55,837 nucleotides of DNA from a virus (lineage: Duplodnaviria > Caudoviricetes): positions 1 through 55,837 of the IMG/VR virus record IMGVR_UViG_3300035072_000033. The stretch is one strand, 5' to 3'. The notes below the pieces were generated by a model, which made no database searches, had not been told where the DNA came from, and was given only the letters and a program-made list of their open reading frames with translations. Position numbers and translations under genes: made by a program. Below are positions 36,196 through 45,756 of the stretch, in pieces; the first letter of the stretch is position 1, and every line of letters begins with the position of its first letter.

Positions 36196-36777
36196 TCAGG
36201 CCGACATCGCCAACTTCGGGGGCCGCTGGCCCATCACCCGTTCGGCTATGTGGCCCACCTCGAAAGGAATGGAGGTGAGCCGACCCATGAAGTTCATTTC
36301 TAGGCGCACGATTCCGAACTTGTCAAGGTCACGCACATCCGACACCGCGCCAAAATGCCCCGCGAAGGTCCCTTCGGTCACGTCGAACACCTGACCAATC
36401 CTGATCTTCGGCATATTTTTCGGCCGCGTCGGCTTATGCTCGCGCCAGAAGCAAATTTGCGCGTCCGGCACCACCGAAGGCGACGAATCACGCGTCGGAC
36501 GCAAAAAGCCGCGCACGTCGTCGAGTTGCTCGACCGCGTTGACCACCGCGTCGCTCAATTCGCAATGCAAAAACAGATATCGACCGAACCGCGGGATTTT
36601 CCGCTCCAGCCGGATCGAGTTCGAGGCCAATGCCCCGCGCCGGTCCCAGGAGCGCACCCGGTCGACCGGCCGCCAAACATCGAACCGCGCCCGCGCCAGC
36701 CTCAGACATGCGTCGAAATCCCGCCCCTGCACCGCCTCGACCACAAACCAGCGCAAACCGTCCATTACTGTCTCCAT
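36196..36777 (-). CDS. NusG-family antiterminator (late gene regulator)
   Basis: WFVV, F.RYLF NGN domain; KOW (VTEGTFAGHFG.V...MGR). Confidence 0.85.
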   Translation of the reverse strand: METVMDGLRWFVVEAVQGRDFDACLRLARARFDVWRPVDRVRSWDRRGALASNSIRLERKIPRFGRYLFLHCELSDAVVNAVEQLDDVRGFLRPTRDSSPSVVPDAQICFWREHKPTRPKNMPKIRIGQVFDVTEGTFAGHFGAVSDVRDLDKFGIVRLEMNFMGRLTSIPFEVGHIAERVMGQRPPKLAMSA

Positions 36778-36805
36778 TCGCTAAATCGTTGAAAAGATGG
36801 AAGGT

Positions 36806-37086
36806 GACATACCTTGACATACCTTTTATTAATGAGATTAGAAGGTATGTCAGTCGTAACTCGCTGTTCTCGCTGGCATTTACAGACCTTGCCATACCTT
36901 GCCATACCTTTTTAGCCCCAGCCGAGAACGATCACCCGCTGTCATCATTCGCCGTCGCAAACCCTCGCGCGCGCGAGGGAAAAGGTATGGCAAGGTATGG
37001 CAAGGTCTGTAACCGCCTGTCATTTCAAGGGGTTATATGTGACAGACCTTTGATTTTGCTAAGAAAAAGGTATGTCGAGGTCTGTC
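36806..37086. repeat. Iteron array, putative replication origin
   Basis: Twelve ~10-bp GMCAKACCTT-like units in both orientations, including a perfect 33-bp inverted repeat at 36880-36912 / 36980-37012. Confidence 0.75.
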
Positions 37087-37502
37087 ACTGATTTGACCTT
37101 TGTCATGCCTCCGCCGTTCGGCGCGACAATGCCGCGGCGGCCAATCTCTGCCTCGAAGCTGGCGCGGCATTCCTCCAGCGAGGGGAAGCGCCAGCAGTTC
37201 ACCCGCTTCATGATCATCGCGATGCGCCCATCGGAGCTCCGCGCATCGATCCAGTGAATGGATTTCCTGATCGTTATTCCCGGGCACAAGCGCCACATTC
37301 GCATCCCGAACGACGTTTCGAGCGCGCGCCGTAGCGAGAACTGGCCCCAAAAGCTGGCCTGGAATTCATCGACCAATTTGCAAATCGGCACTTCCGTCGC
37401 CCACTCCCCGCTGATTGACAGCTGCGAGCCCGCGTCGAGCCGCGTGGACCACCAGTCGTCGACCGGATCGGCCGGGATATATTCGCGATTAGACGCCCTC
37501 AT
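37059..37502 (-). CDS. Stand-alone paralog of the helicase C-terminal domain
   Basis: DP...WW..RL..GSQ, ET.FGMRM, KRVNCW.FPSLEE shared with the 37489-39126 C-terminus. Confidence 0.75.
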   Translation of the reverse strand: MRASNREYIPADPVDDWWSTRLDAGSQLSISGEWATEVPICKLVDEFQASFWGQFSLRRALETSFGMRMWRLCPGITIRKSIHWIDARSSDGRIAMIMKRVNCWRFPSLEECRASFEAEIGRRGIVAPNGGGMTKVKSVTDLDIPFS

Positions 37503-39126
37503 GCTCGCCTCCCTGGTCCCCACCCTCGTTCCATTCGATCGCCTGTCCCAGCGCACGCTGGAATTCGTCGCGCGCCTCCTCCAGCGAGGGGAAGACCCAG
37601 CAATTGACGCGCTTGAACACCGTCGTCGGCCGCCCATCGTCGCCGGTCTCCTCGACATCCTCGGTCGCCCGCACCACGCGCAGCGCCGGCATCAGCCGCC
37701 GCATCCGCATGCCAAATTCCGTCTCGCCGGAGCGCCGTCGCACGCCTTGCTCCTCGGTCGTGTGCTGATAATCGCGATAGAGCGTGCGAATCGGGATTTT
37801 CGGCCGCCACGCCGCCGCGCGATGGGTCTGCGAGCCGTCCATCAGCCGCCCCAGCCACCAGGCCGCCAACGGATCGAGCGAACGCACTTTTTGCTCCAGC
37901 AACGCGCCGGTCTTCGGGATATTGCGCAGGTTGGGCGCGTCGGCCGCGTCGAGATCGACCTCGAGCAAATCGGCCAGCAGCGCCTCGCGCCCGCCCGAAT
38001 TCATCTCGGCGTCCATCGCGCGGAAAAACCCGTGATCTTCCTTATTGCCCTCGCCGACGTCGAGCACGCAAAAACGCCGCTCGTCCATGCCGGCCGGGAT
38101 CACCCAGTCCTCGTTCGAGGAAATCAGCAGCCGGATGTAATTGGCCAGCTTGATCGGATCGACGCCCTTGGCCTCGATCATCTGTTCCGACGAGGTGATC
38201 AGCCCCTTGAGCCGCCCCTCGGCCTGCTTGTCGCCGGCCCAAAAACCCTCGTCCACCAGCATCAAGGTGCACCAGGCCATGTGCGCGTTGAACTGGCCGG
38301 TGACGAGATGCGGGCTGTCGATCGAGATGTAATGCGACGAGAACAGCGAGCCGATGATCTCGCCGACCTTGCTCTTGCCGGTGCCCATGCGCCCGCGCAT
38401 CACCAGCGCGGTGCCGATCCGCTCGCGCGGCCGCTGGATGAGATGCGCGAACCAATGCCACACCCATTTGAAAATAGCGTCGTCGCCGGCGCAGATGTTG
38501 GCGTAGAGATGATCGCGGAACTTGAAATATTTCTCGCTGCGGTCGCCCGCGCCGCGCTGGCGTGGGGTCGGCGGATTTGGGTCGGGGATAATCGAATAGC
38601 CGCGCCACAGATTGAAATAGCCAGGCGTCCCCGGCGCGTTGTCGCGATCGGGGAAGAATTCCACGCCGTCATATTGCCGGCGCCGCGGCGAATTCAGCCA
38701 AAAAGGCGCGTGCTTGCGCGTCTTCCAGACTTCTTCCCACTCGCCGCTGGCGGGGTTTCTTTGCCGCGAGAGGAAGCGCTCCGAGCGATTTTGCAAATAG
38801 GCCGCGAAAGCCGTGCGGGTCAGCATGCGAATGCGGTCGCGCTCCGGCGCGTCCGGCTGCTCGCGCATCACCACGGCGTCGCGGCCCATCAGCAAAAACG
38901 CCCATTCGCGGTTCATCAAATCGATCAAATCGCCGGAGCCGCCATCGTCTGGACCGCCATGCGCGTCATCGGGCGGCGGCGGATCGTCCGGCGGCGGCGG
39001 CTTGCCCCCGCCTTTCCCGCGAGAGGGAGACTTCCGCTTTTTTTCGGCGTCCTTCTCCAGCTCCGCGCGCGTCGAAAAGACGATAACCTTCGCGTCCTCG
39101 ACCGCCTTGACGATATCGTCGGTCAT
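37489..39126 (-). CDS. SF3 (D5/DUF5906-type) replicative helicase
   Basis: Walker A GRMGTGKS, Walker B LVDE, ISSN, ERRF. Confidence 0.9.
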   Translation of the reverse strand: MTDDIVKAVEDAKVIVFSTRAELEKDAEKKRKSPSRGKGGGKPPPPDDPPPPDDAHGGPDDGGSGDLIDLMNREWAFLLMGRDAVVMREQPDAPERDRIRMLTRTAFAAYLQNRSERFLSRQRNPASGEWEEVWKTRKHAPFWLNSPRRRQYDGVEFFPDRDNAPGTPGYFNLWRGYSIIPDPNPPTPRQRGAGDRSEKYFKFRDHLYANICAGDDAIFKWVWHWFAHLIQRPRERIGTALVMRGRMGTGKSKVGEIIGSLFSSHYISIDSPHLVTGQFNAHMAWCTLMLVDEGFWAGDKQAEGRLKGLITSSEQMIEAKGVDPIKLANYIRLLISSNEDWVIPAGMDERRFCVLDVGEGNKEDHGFFRAMDAEMNSGGREALLADLLEVDLDAADAPNLRNIPKTGALLEQKVRSLDPLAAWWLGRLMDGSQTHRAAAWRPKIPIRTLYRDYQHTTEEQGVRRRSGETEFGMRMRRLMPALRVVRATEDVEETGDDGRPTTVFKRVNCWVFPSLEEARDEFQRALGQAIEWNEGGDQGGEHEGV

Positions 39127-39785
39127 TTTTCGCGCGCCTTCGCGCCATCGATATTGGCGCGAATCACGCGAAACGAGATCGCGGTGACCCACGGGTTAAG
39201 CGACCATGACTCGGCGCCGTTGATCGATTCCCAAAGACCGCGGAAGGCGTTCGCGCCGATCTCTTGTCGGCCTTTGGCGTCAGCTCCAAAGAGCCACATT
39301 TGCCGCACCTCGCATCCCTCGGCGCGGACGTCCTGAAGGCTGATGTCATGCAGCCGTTCGACCTTCACGCCTTTGACGATAAGCGTCAGTCGCGAGGCCC
39401 AGCGAGGGAGAAACATGCCGGGGCGGTTCCGCCCAGTGACAACCCTTTCCGGATCGGCGGAATATTCTATAGCGTCGCCGACTGGGATATCCCGCGGCGG
39501 AAGATCATCATGCGCGGACGACGCGCGCCATGCCTCTCGCACCCAAAGCCGATCGCCAACGGAAATGGGAAGCAGCTCAAACAGCCGCGCGTCGCGAATA
39601 TCGTTCCACCGCGCGTGGGAGTCCCGAAAATGCCATTGATAACCATCGGTCGTTGACGGGCCAAATTCAGCGATCGCGCCTTTCCCGTTGAGGCGCGACA
39701 ACACCCGCCGCGTCATGGTCTTTCGCCCTTCGAGCAGCGCTCGAACCATCGGCGCGGAGAAGATGATCGGACGATCCTTGCTCAT
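39123..39785 (-). CDS. ASCH-like phage protein
   Basis: PIIFSAPMVRALLEGRKTMTRR, GDRLWVRE, NPWV. Confidence 0.8.
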   Translation of the reverse strand: MSKDRPIIFSAPMVRALLEGRKTMTRRVLSRLNGKGAIAEFGPSTTDGYQWHFRDSHARWNDIRDARLFELLPISVGDRLWVREAWRASSAHDDLPPRDIPVGDAIEYSADPERVVTGRNRPGMFLPRWASRLTLIVKGVKVERLHDISLQDVRAEGCEVRQMWLFGADAKGRQEIGANAFRGLWESINGAESWSLNPWVTAISFRVIRANIDGAKAREK

Positions 39786-40222
39786 CCGCGCGCCTCCTCT
39801 GACGCGATCAGCGCGCGCAAAATCGCGAGGCACAGCACGCGCGCGGGAACGTCGCCCTCTGCCACGCCCAGCTCTCGCGAGGGCGTCAAATCCGCGTAAA
39901 CGACTGCGCCGAACATGGGCTCGTCGGGCCGAATCTGCCCTCTCCCTTCGAGGCAGCTACATTCGGGTAAGACCCGCTCAAACAGCGCGTGCGCGGCGTC
40001 CCGCGAGGAGGTGAAGGACTTGGCCCAGGCGGCGAGATAATGCGCGCGCGTGAGATCGGTCCGGCCGTTCTCGTGACACCAACCGCGGCAATGATCTTCG
40101 TGCGTGAAGCCGAAGAAATCATGCAGCGCGCCATTGAGCGGACGATCGATCGCCCGCGACGCCTCCAATCGCGCGGACAGTTCGCGCAATTTTTCGAGAT
40201 CGTATCGCTTGGGCTCACCCAT
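39782..40222 (-). CDS. Hypothetical phage protein
   Basis: FTSS.DAA..L..RVLP motif; coupled to neighbours. Confidence 0.65.
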   Translation of the reverse strand: MGEPKRYDLEKLRELSARLEASRAIDRPLNGALHDFFGFTHEDHCRGWCHENGRTDLTRAHYLAAWAKSFTSSRDAAHALFERVLPECSCLEGRGQIRPDEPMFGAVVYADLTPSRELGVAEGDVPARVLCLAILRALIASEEARG

Positions 40223-40704
40223 CACACATCCTCCGCCATGAACGGCCGCCTTGCGCGCTGGCTCGGCTTTCTCACCCTGATGTCGAACGCCAGTCCGTGG
40301 TGCGCGCGGCAATAGGGCGTCTCGCCGAACTTGGACGCGCCGCAAAAGCGAAAGCTCTCCAGATCGCGCGGGTCGCCAAGCGGCCAACGGCAATGATTTT
40401 CGCGCGCGGCGAACAGCGTCACGCCGTCGATCGGCGCGGGCGCTTCCTCGATGATGACGACCGCGCGCGCCTCTTCCGGCGAGCGCGAAACTTCCGCGAT
40501 TTTTGGCGGCGCCGGGGCCTTGGCGACGCGCGCGGCTCGCGGCTTTCGCGCGCAAGATCCGTCGTTGAGCCCCATCCGCTCGATCTTGCCGATCACCGCG
40601 TTGCGCGTCGCGCCCCCGCCGAGCTCGGCGGCGATTTCCGCGCAGGAAAGCCCGTCGCCATACAACTCCCGCAACCGCGCGACGCGCTCATCGGTCCAGC
40701 TCAT
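40222..40704 (-). CDS. gcrA: GcrA-family cell cycle regulator
   Basis: MSWTDERV..L..L...GLS...IA..LGG.TRNAVIGK; CRWPLGDP...FCG...PYC..H. Confidence 0.92.
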   Translation of the reverse strand: MSWTDERVARLRELYGDGLSCAEIAAELGGGATRNAVIGKIERMGLNDGSCARKPRAARVAKAPAPPKIAEVSRSPEEARAVVIIEEAPAPIDGVTLFAARENHCRWPLGDPRDLESFRFCGASKFGETPYCRAHHGLAFDIRVRKPSQRARRPFMAEDV

Positions 40705-41567
40705 GCGGCCCTCGCCTTGTCGACGAACGTCCGCAGCCGCGCCTTCGAGCCGGCGTCGAGCCGATAGCCCTCGCCAAACAGCGTCTCGATCGCGATCCCC
40801 AGCGGCGAAAGCTTGGCGCGCAGTTTGCACACCCATACATCGACGCTTTTGGCGTCGCGATCATCGTCGTCGGCGCCTGGATCCAACGTCGCGGCGAGCA
40901 GGCCCTCCTTGGAGACGCGCTCGCGCTTCAGCAGAACGTCGAGAATATCCCGCTCGCTCGGCGTGATCTTCACTCCGCCGATCTCGCACGGAAACGCGCG
41001 GGCCTTCGTCTCCATCGCGTCGACAAGTTCGTCGCGCGAAACCCGCCTCTCAAGGCCCCGCGCCGCTGTCGTGATCGGGAACGGTTGTGGCGTCGCGGGC
41101 CTCGGCGCGGGTTTCTGGACCGGCGCTTCCTCCCGCGCCTTCGGCGCGTCGCCCTGTCCCGGCAGCGCGAAATCGTCCGGCAGGGTCAGCACCAGGCCGC
41201 CCGGCGTCTCGACCCATTTCGCCTCGACATCGGCGCGGATTTCGTTCGGCCATAGGTTGACCAGCCCGATCCCGAGCCGCTTGACGCCCTTGAACCCCGC
41301 CGCCTCGAACGGCCCATTGGCCTGCCGGACGATGCGCAGCAGATTGCAGCCCTTGCCGCCGACCTGCGTCTTGAAGCGCGGCCCATGCGCCTCGATCCAT
41401 TCCGCCGCCGCGCGCCGCAGCCAAACGACCGCTCTCACCCGCGGCGCGACCTTCGGATTATGGCGCCCAGGCGCGGGCTTAAGCGAAATCGTGACATCTG
41501 GCTTTTGAACGGACGATGCCGAAACCTTTTCGAGATCGACCCAATCCTCGTCGTCGAAATCGCTCAT
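40701..41567 (-). CDS. Protein with C-terminal OmpR/CtrA-type winged-helix domain
   Basis: TPSE..IL..L...VSKE...KSVDVWVCKLR.KL...IET.FGEGY. Confidence 0.8.
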   Translation of the reverse strand: MSDFDDEDWVDLEKVSASSVQKPDVTISLKPAPGRHNPKVAPRVRAVVWLRRAAAEWIEAHGPRFKTQVGGKGCNLLRIVRQANGPFEAAGFKGVKRLGIGLVNLWPNEIRADVEAKWVETPGGLVLTLPDDFALPGQGDAPKAREEAPVQKPAPRPATPQPFPITTAARGLERRVSRDELVDAMETKARAFPCEIGGVKITPSERDILDVLLKRERVSKEGLLAATLDPGADDDDRDAKSVDVWVCKLRAKLSPLGIAIETLFGEGYRLDAGSKARLRTFVDKARAA

Positions 41568-42787
41568 TCCGCCGCGCTCCGATGTTCGCTGGCCAGCAGC
41601 ATGTCGTTGAAATCCATTCCCGGCGCGGCCATCGCGATCCGAACGCTCAAGAAGGGATAGGCGCGCGAAAACCTTTTGGCGGCGCGCCGCAGCGCCATGC
41701 CGGTGGTGAAGGGATCGCTGTCGCCGTCGCCGAGCAGATAGAGTTCGCGCACGGTCGAGGGGACCGGGATCACCGGCCACGGCTCGGCGTCGGGTATCTC
41801 GTCGCACGGCACGCGCACCGTATATTCGCGCCCGGCCTTGTTGATCGCCTTGAGCGTCGGATGCGCGACCGAGCCCGCCGCCTTGCCGGCGATGTTGCCG
41901 AGATTGACCGAGGACCGAAATTCCGCGCCGTCGAGCAGCGGCGAACCGGCGCGCCGCAGCGCCTCGCGCATCGACAACACCGTCTCGATTCCCTCGCCGA
42001 TAAACAGCCGCGTCGGCTCCCTTTCGGCGCGCGCCAGCATGATCGACGCGCCCTTCCACGAGCCGCGCGTCTTCTTGGCGTCGGCGACCTCGCCGGTGTC
42101 GGGGTCGACGATCTCGGCCTTGCCCTTCGGCCGCGCCAGATCGAGATAGGTCAGATGCGCGCCGGCGAATTTGCCGTCCGGCCCGGCCATGGCGGCAATC
42201 ATCGTCGGACCCCTGTGGATCACCTTGCCGTTCGGCCAGGACGCGTTCCACAAGGCCGCGCGCGGCATGAATTTCAGCCGCGCGCCGTCCGGCAATGTCA
42301 GTCCGCGAAGGCTAAGATATTGCTCGACCGGCGCGCCGCGCGCCGCGCGGGCGCTGGTCCAAAGATCATGCGCGCGCCGGCGTTCCGCCTCGCGATATTT
42401 GTTAAACGCCGCGGCGGCCTGTTCCTGCTCCGCGTGGGCCGCCTCGACCCGCCGCGCGAAAGCCTGTTCGCGCGCCCGGCGCTCTTCGTCGGATTCGCGC
42501 CGCTCGCGCTCCGGGGCGGGACGCCCCAGCACCTCCTCGCAGGCGCCGAGAAAATCGAGCCCCTTGACGTGCTGGGCCAGCGCGATCGCGTCGCCGCCGG
42601 CGCCCGAGGCGCGGCACAGCCAAAGGTTCTTGCGCCCATTGACCGCGAAGCGATCGGTGCCGCCGCAGCACGGGCAAGGTCCGCCCTGTTCGTCGCGCAA
42701 AGCCTTGACCCCGAGCCGCCACGCGTAATCGACGACGGGCGCCGCCCGCGCCTCGGCCAGGAAATCGTCATGCGCGCGCGAGCTCAT
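41564..42787 (-). CDS. DNA primase (Zn-binding + Toprim, P4 alpha-like)
   Basis: GPCPCCGGTDRF...WLCR, YL..RG, IGEGIET, LGDGD, DFND. Confidence 0.88.
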   Translation of the reverse strand: MSSRAHDDFLAEARAAPVVDYAWRLGVKALRDEQGGPCPCCGGTDRFAVNGRKNLWLCRASGAGGDAIALAQHVKGLDFLGACEEVLGRPAPERERRESDEERRAREQAFARRVEAAHAEQEQAAAAFNKYREAERRRAHDLWTSARAARGAPVEQYLSLRGLTLPDGARLKFMPRAALWNASWPNGKVIHRGPTMIAAMAGPDGKFAGAHLTYLDLARPKGKAEIVDPDTGEVADAKKTRGSWKGASIMLARAEREPTRLFIGEGIETVLSMREALRRAGSPLLDGAEFRSSVNLGNIAGKAAGSVAHPTLKAINKAGREYTVRVPCDEIPDAEPWPVIPVPSTVRELYLLGDGDSDPFTTGMALRRAAKRFSRAYPFLSVRIAMAAPGMDFNDMLLASEHRSAAE

Positions 42788-43104
42788 GGCGTCGCCCCTT
42801 CGCGCTTCATCGCGCGCACCTTGGCGGCGGCGTAAAACTCGTCCCTTTCGCGCGCCCATTCGACGAACGCCGCGTGCAAATCCTTCGGCACCCAGCCGGG
42901 AACGGCGATTTTCCGCGCGCGCTTCTTGCGCAGATTCCTTTTCTCCGCCGCCGCCTTCACGCCCGCCGAGATCGCCGCTATGCGACGCGCGCGGAGCTCC
43001 GGGTCCTCCCATGCACGCGCGCTGCCGGCACGTAGCCGCGCGAGCCGCTCGGGATCGGCCAGCAATCTCTTGGCGTGCGCCGACCGCCTTGGATTGACGC
43101 TCAT
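42784..43104 (-). CDS. Hypothetical basic protein
   Basis: ATGA overlap downstream and start overlapping the upstream stop. Confidence 0.6.
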   Translation of the reverse strand: MSVNPRRSAHAKRLLADPERLARLRAGSARAWEDPELRARRIAAISAGVKAAAEKRNLRKKRARKIAVPGWVPKDLHAAFVEWARERDEFYAAAKVRAMKREGATP

Positions 43105-43613
43105 AGCAGCAATCCCTTCTTGCGCAGGCGGCATTTGATGTTTCCGGCGTCCTTGGTGGAAATGCCCAATTGCGCCGCGACCGACGCGTTGGAATGCGAG
43201 GCGAGAAACATCGGCAGCCCCTCCGCCTCGAGGCCGAGAAGCTTGACGTCCGACGGCTCCGAATCCGGCGCGTCATGTTGCGGATCGTCGTCGTCCCCGC
43301 TCTCGATATAGGCGCGATGTTCGTCCGGCCAGAGCAGCGCGATCTGCGTGACGATGGCCTCGATCATCTCGACATAATCGCCATACGACCGCAGCGTCGC
43401 GGCTTCGAGCTCGATGGATTTCTCCGACGTGTCGACGACGATTCTCATGCCGCCGCTTCCGCCTTCCGGGAACACCGGCGCTGTGTCGAACGGCCATTCG
43501 CCGAGCACGGAATAGAGACCATGCGGCCCGCGAAGACTGGAGCAGATCCAGCCCAGCGCCTTGAACGCCGCGCGGCGCGAATGCGGAATGTAGACGAATG
43601 TGCGGATGTTCAT
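43101..43613 (-). CDS. Hypothetical protein with C-terminal HTH (possible fusion of two small genes)
   Basis: SNASVAAQLGIS..D..N...RL HTH; internal Met at 43448. Confidence 0.6.
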   Translation of the reverse strand: MNIRTFVYIPHSRRAAFKALGWICSSLRGPHGLYSVLGEWPFDTAPVFPEGGSGGMRIVVDTSEKSIELEAATLRSYGDYVEMIEAIVTQIALLWPDEHRAYIESGDDDDPQHDAPDSEPSDVKLLGLEAEGLPMFLASHSNASVAAQLGISTKDAGNIKCRLRKKGLLL

Positions 43614-44623
43614 GACGACGCCTCAAATCCCTCGGCTTCCAGTCCCCACGCGTCCCAGCCCTCGCGCGCGGGGCCGCGCCGATTGAGCTCGATCTTGGGA
43701 AGGTTGGGGAAATAGCTTTCGATCAGTTCGAGAAAGACTTCCGGCTTGGCGGAATGCTCAGCAAGCGGCGCGTCGATCACCGAATCCCATTGCGTTCCCG
43801 CCGCCGGCGCGGCGATCGCCCCCCGGACGCCGATGAGCAATAGCTCGTGCTTGTTGCGGTTCCAGTAGCCCATGCCGATGCGGTTCTTGTTCCAGACGAA
43901 CTGCGATTTATAGGCGAACCCCCAGGCGCGCAGGACGCGCAGCGCATCTTCGATCATCGGCGCCGTCGCCCACAGGAACAGCGCGCAATCGTCGGCGGCG
44001 ATGGACGCCACGTCGCGCTCGGCGATGCCGGTTGTTTCCGTCGTCGGATAATGGTTCTCCGGCGCGCGATCCATGCCGGAGACGCGCGAATAAGGTTCGA
44101 ACCGCCATTCGGGATCGGCGAGAATCACGCCATAGCGCTTGTCCGGCAGCGCGCGTTGACGAACCGCCAATTCGCGCTCGCGCGCCTCGCGCGATTCCTG
44201 CTTTTCGCGCAGACGTTCGCCGGCCGGCCGCTCGATCGACGCGACCGCCTCCCGCTTGGCGCTTTCCGCGCGGCGTTCGAACTCTTCCTCGCCGAGAAGG
44301 GCGAGCTGTTGCCAGCGCGATGATTGCGACTTGCTGACGCCGAGATCGATCAGCTTCGGAGTCGCGCTTTGCGACCCCGATTTACGGTCGCCGCATCCCC
44401 GATCGCGCTCACCCTTTTCCGCCATGTCGCGCAAGATCTCGCCGGCGCGGCGTTCGGCGCGCATCCGAATGTCGGTCGCATAGCCGATTAATTCGCCGTC
44501 CTTCGCTTGCAACGCATAAGCGCGACAGGCGACGGCCTTGTCGCGAATCGCCTTCACCTCGTCGAAGCGAAACGCTTCGGCCAACGCCGCCCGCGCCATG
44601 TCATAGCGAGCGAGCCCGTTCAT
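43610..44623 (-). CDS. MT-A70 family adenine methyltransferase
   Basis: YGVILADPEW (DPPW variant), HYPT, LFLWAT, WGF.YK, HS.KP. Confidence 0.9.
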   Translation of the reverse strand: MNGLARYDMARAALAEAFRFDEVKAIRDKAVACRAYALQAKDGELIGYATDIRMRAERRAGEILRDMAEKGERDRGCGDRKSGSQSATPKLIDLGVSKSQSSRWQQLALLGEEEFERRAESAKREAVASIERPAGERLREKQESREARERELAVRQRALPDKRYGVILADPEWRFEPYSRVSGMDRAPENHYPTTETTGIAERDVASIAADDCALFLWATAPMIEDALRVLRAWGFAYKSQFVWNKNRIGMGYWNRNKHELLLIGVRGAIAAPAAGTQWDSVIDAPLAEHSAKPEVFLELIESYFPNLPKIELNRRGPAREGWDAWGLEAEGFEASS

Positions 44624-44898
44624 CGCCGCCCCGCGAGTCTTCGAATAATCTCCAGCCCGCGCAGCATCGCCTCGACATGATCTGGAAACCGCCAGTCGCC
44701 GCACAAAAACCACGCCAGCGCGACGCAAATCTCGTCGATCGCCTCGCGCGCCTGCGCCGGCATCACCGCCCAGTTGCGCGAGCGCCGAACGATGCCCTTA
44801 AGGATCTGCGCGACGCGCGCCGATTCGTCGAACTCGCCATGCGTCGCGTCGCGCTCCGCGCTTCGTTCCACGGGTGCGCGCCTGGTCTTCTTCCTCAC
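44620..44898 (-). CDS. DUF6378-like hypothetical protein
   Basis: ER..THG.F...A...Q...REA...I.....GD....DH pattern. Confidence 0.55.
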   Translation of the reverse strand: MRKKTRRAPVERSAERDATHGEFDESARVAQILKGIVRRSRNWAVMPAQAREAIDEICVALAWFLCGDWRFPDHVEAMLRGLEIIRRLAGRR

Positions 44899-45104
44899 CG
44901 GCGGACCCCTTCATGCGCCTTGCAATGAAACACGAACGCCCCCGGCGAGACGCAAAACGCCAACCCGGTGAAAACGCCGCACACCCAGCACTTGTGCGCG
45001 TCGGGCGATTTCAGATCGCGAATGATCTTGGCCGCGCGCGCCGGCGCCTTTTCGCGCGATGTTCGGGGCGGCGGAGGGGCGAGCGAGGCGAGCAGATCGC
45101 TCAT
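44895..45104 (-). CDS. Small Zn-finger-like protein
   Basis: HKCWVCG...C..H. Confidence 0.55.
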   Translation of the reverse strand: MSDLLASLAPPPPRTSREKAPARAAKIIRDLKSPDAHKCWVCGVFTGLAFCVSPGAFVFHCKAHEGVRR

Positions 45105-45379
45105 GCGTCGACCGGCTTTTCAGCGCGCAGCAGCGCGTCGAGGCCGCCGAGTTGGAGAAGGCGGAAGCGCGATGGACAGAACACCCAGCCCGAATAAGGC
45201 GCGGGCAATCCAGCCAAGCGCACGAGACGAGCGCCGTCGATCAGCTCCCATGCCGCGAGCATGCATAAGTCGCCCTCGGCGAACGGCGGCGGCGGAATGT
45301 CAGCGAATGTCGGGCGCAATCCCCACGCGTCGATGCACACAATCTCGGCTCCCACCGGCGTATCGAGCGGCAATCCCAT
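45101..45379 (-). CDS. Hypothetical protein
   Basis: GAGG RBS; VGAEIVCID...RFR motif. Confidence 0.55.
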   Translation of the reverse strand: MGLPLDTPVGAEIVCIDAWGLRPTFADIPPPPFAEGDLCMLAAWELIDGARLVRLAGLPAPYSGWVFCPSRFRLLQLGGLDALLRAEKPVDA

Positions 45380-45381
45380 CC

Positions 45382-45756
45382 TCACCTCCCCAAAAGCGCG
45401 CGAACCGCGGCCAGATGCGTCTCGATCTCGATCAACCTCTCGCCGCCAAACCCTTCCCCACATTGCCGCGCCAGTTGCGCGCGGTGGGTCAGCTCGGCGA
45501 TCTCCTTCTCGACCTCGTGGGCGAACAGCGCGGCGATCCGCGCATAATCGACCACCCTCACGCCCTTGACGCGCCCGGCATGGAACCGCTCGACCCGCCC
45601 CGGCGCGACGCCGAGATCGCGGGCCAATCCACGCCGCGCGTTGACCGCCGAACCCGAGCGCCGCGCATAGCGGCGCTGCAGGTGACGCACGCAGTCGCGG
45701 GCCAAACCGTCGCGCGCCGAGGCGGCGACCATTTCGTCACGAACCACTGACAACAT
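45382..45756 (-). CDS. Putative regulator downstream of cro (CII position)
   Basis: LARDLGVAPG.VERF..GR HTH-like; position. Confidence 0.55.
   Translation of the reverse strand: MLSVVRDEMVAASARDGLARDCVRHLQRRYARRSGSAVNARRGLARDLGVAPGRVERFHAGRVKGVRVVDYARIAALFAHEVEKEIAELTHRAQLARQCGEGFGGERLIEIETHLAAVRALLGR

Noticed and set aside
36806-37086. CRISPR array or MITE
   Set aside because: Units are 10 bp without unique spacers and there are no cas genes; no target duplication; better explained as iterons
2090-45750. Many long plus-strand ORFs (e.g. 2090-3943, 21972-24008, 37258-39336)
   Set aside because: Antisense shadows of well-supported minus-strand genes, expected in high-GC DNA; no motifs
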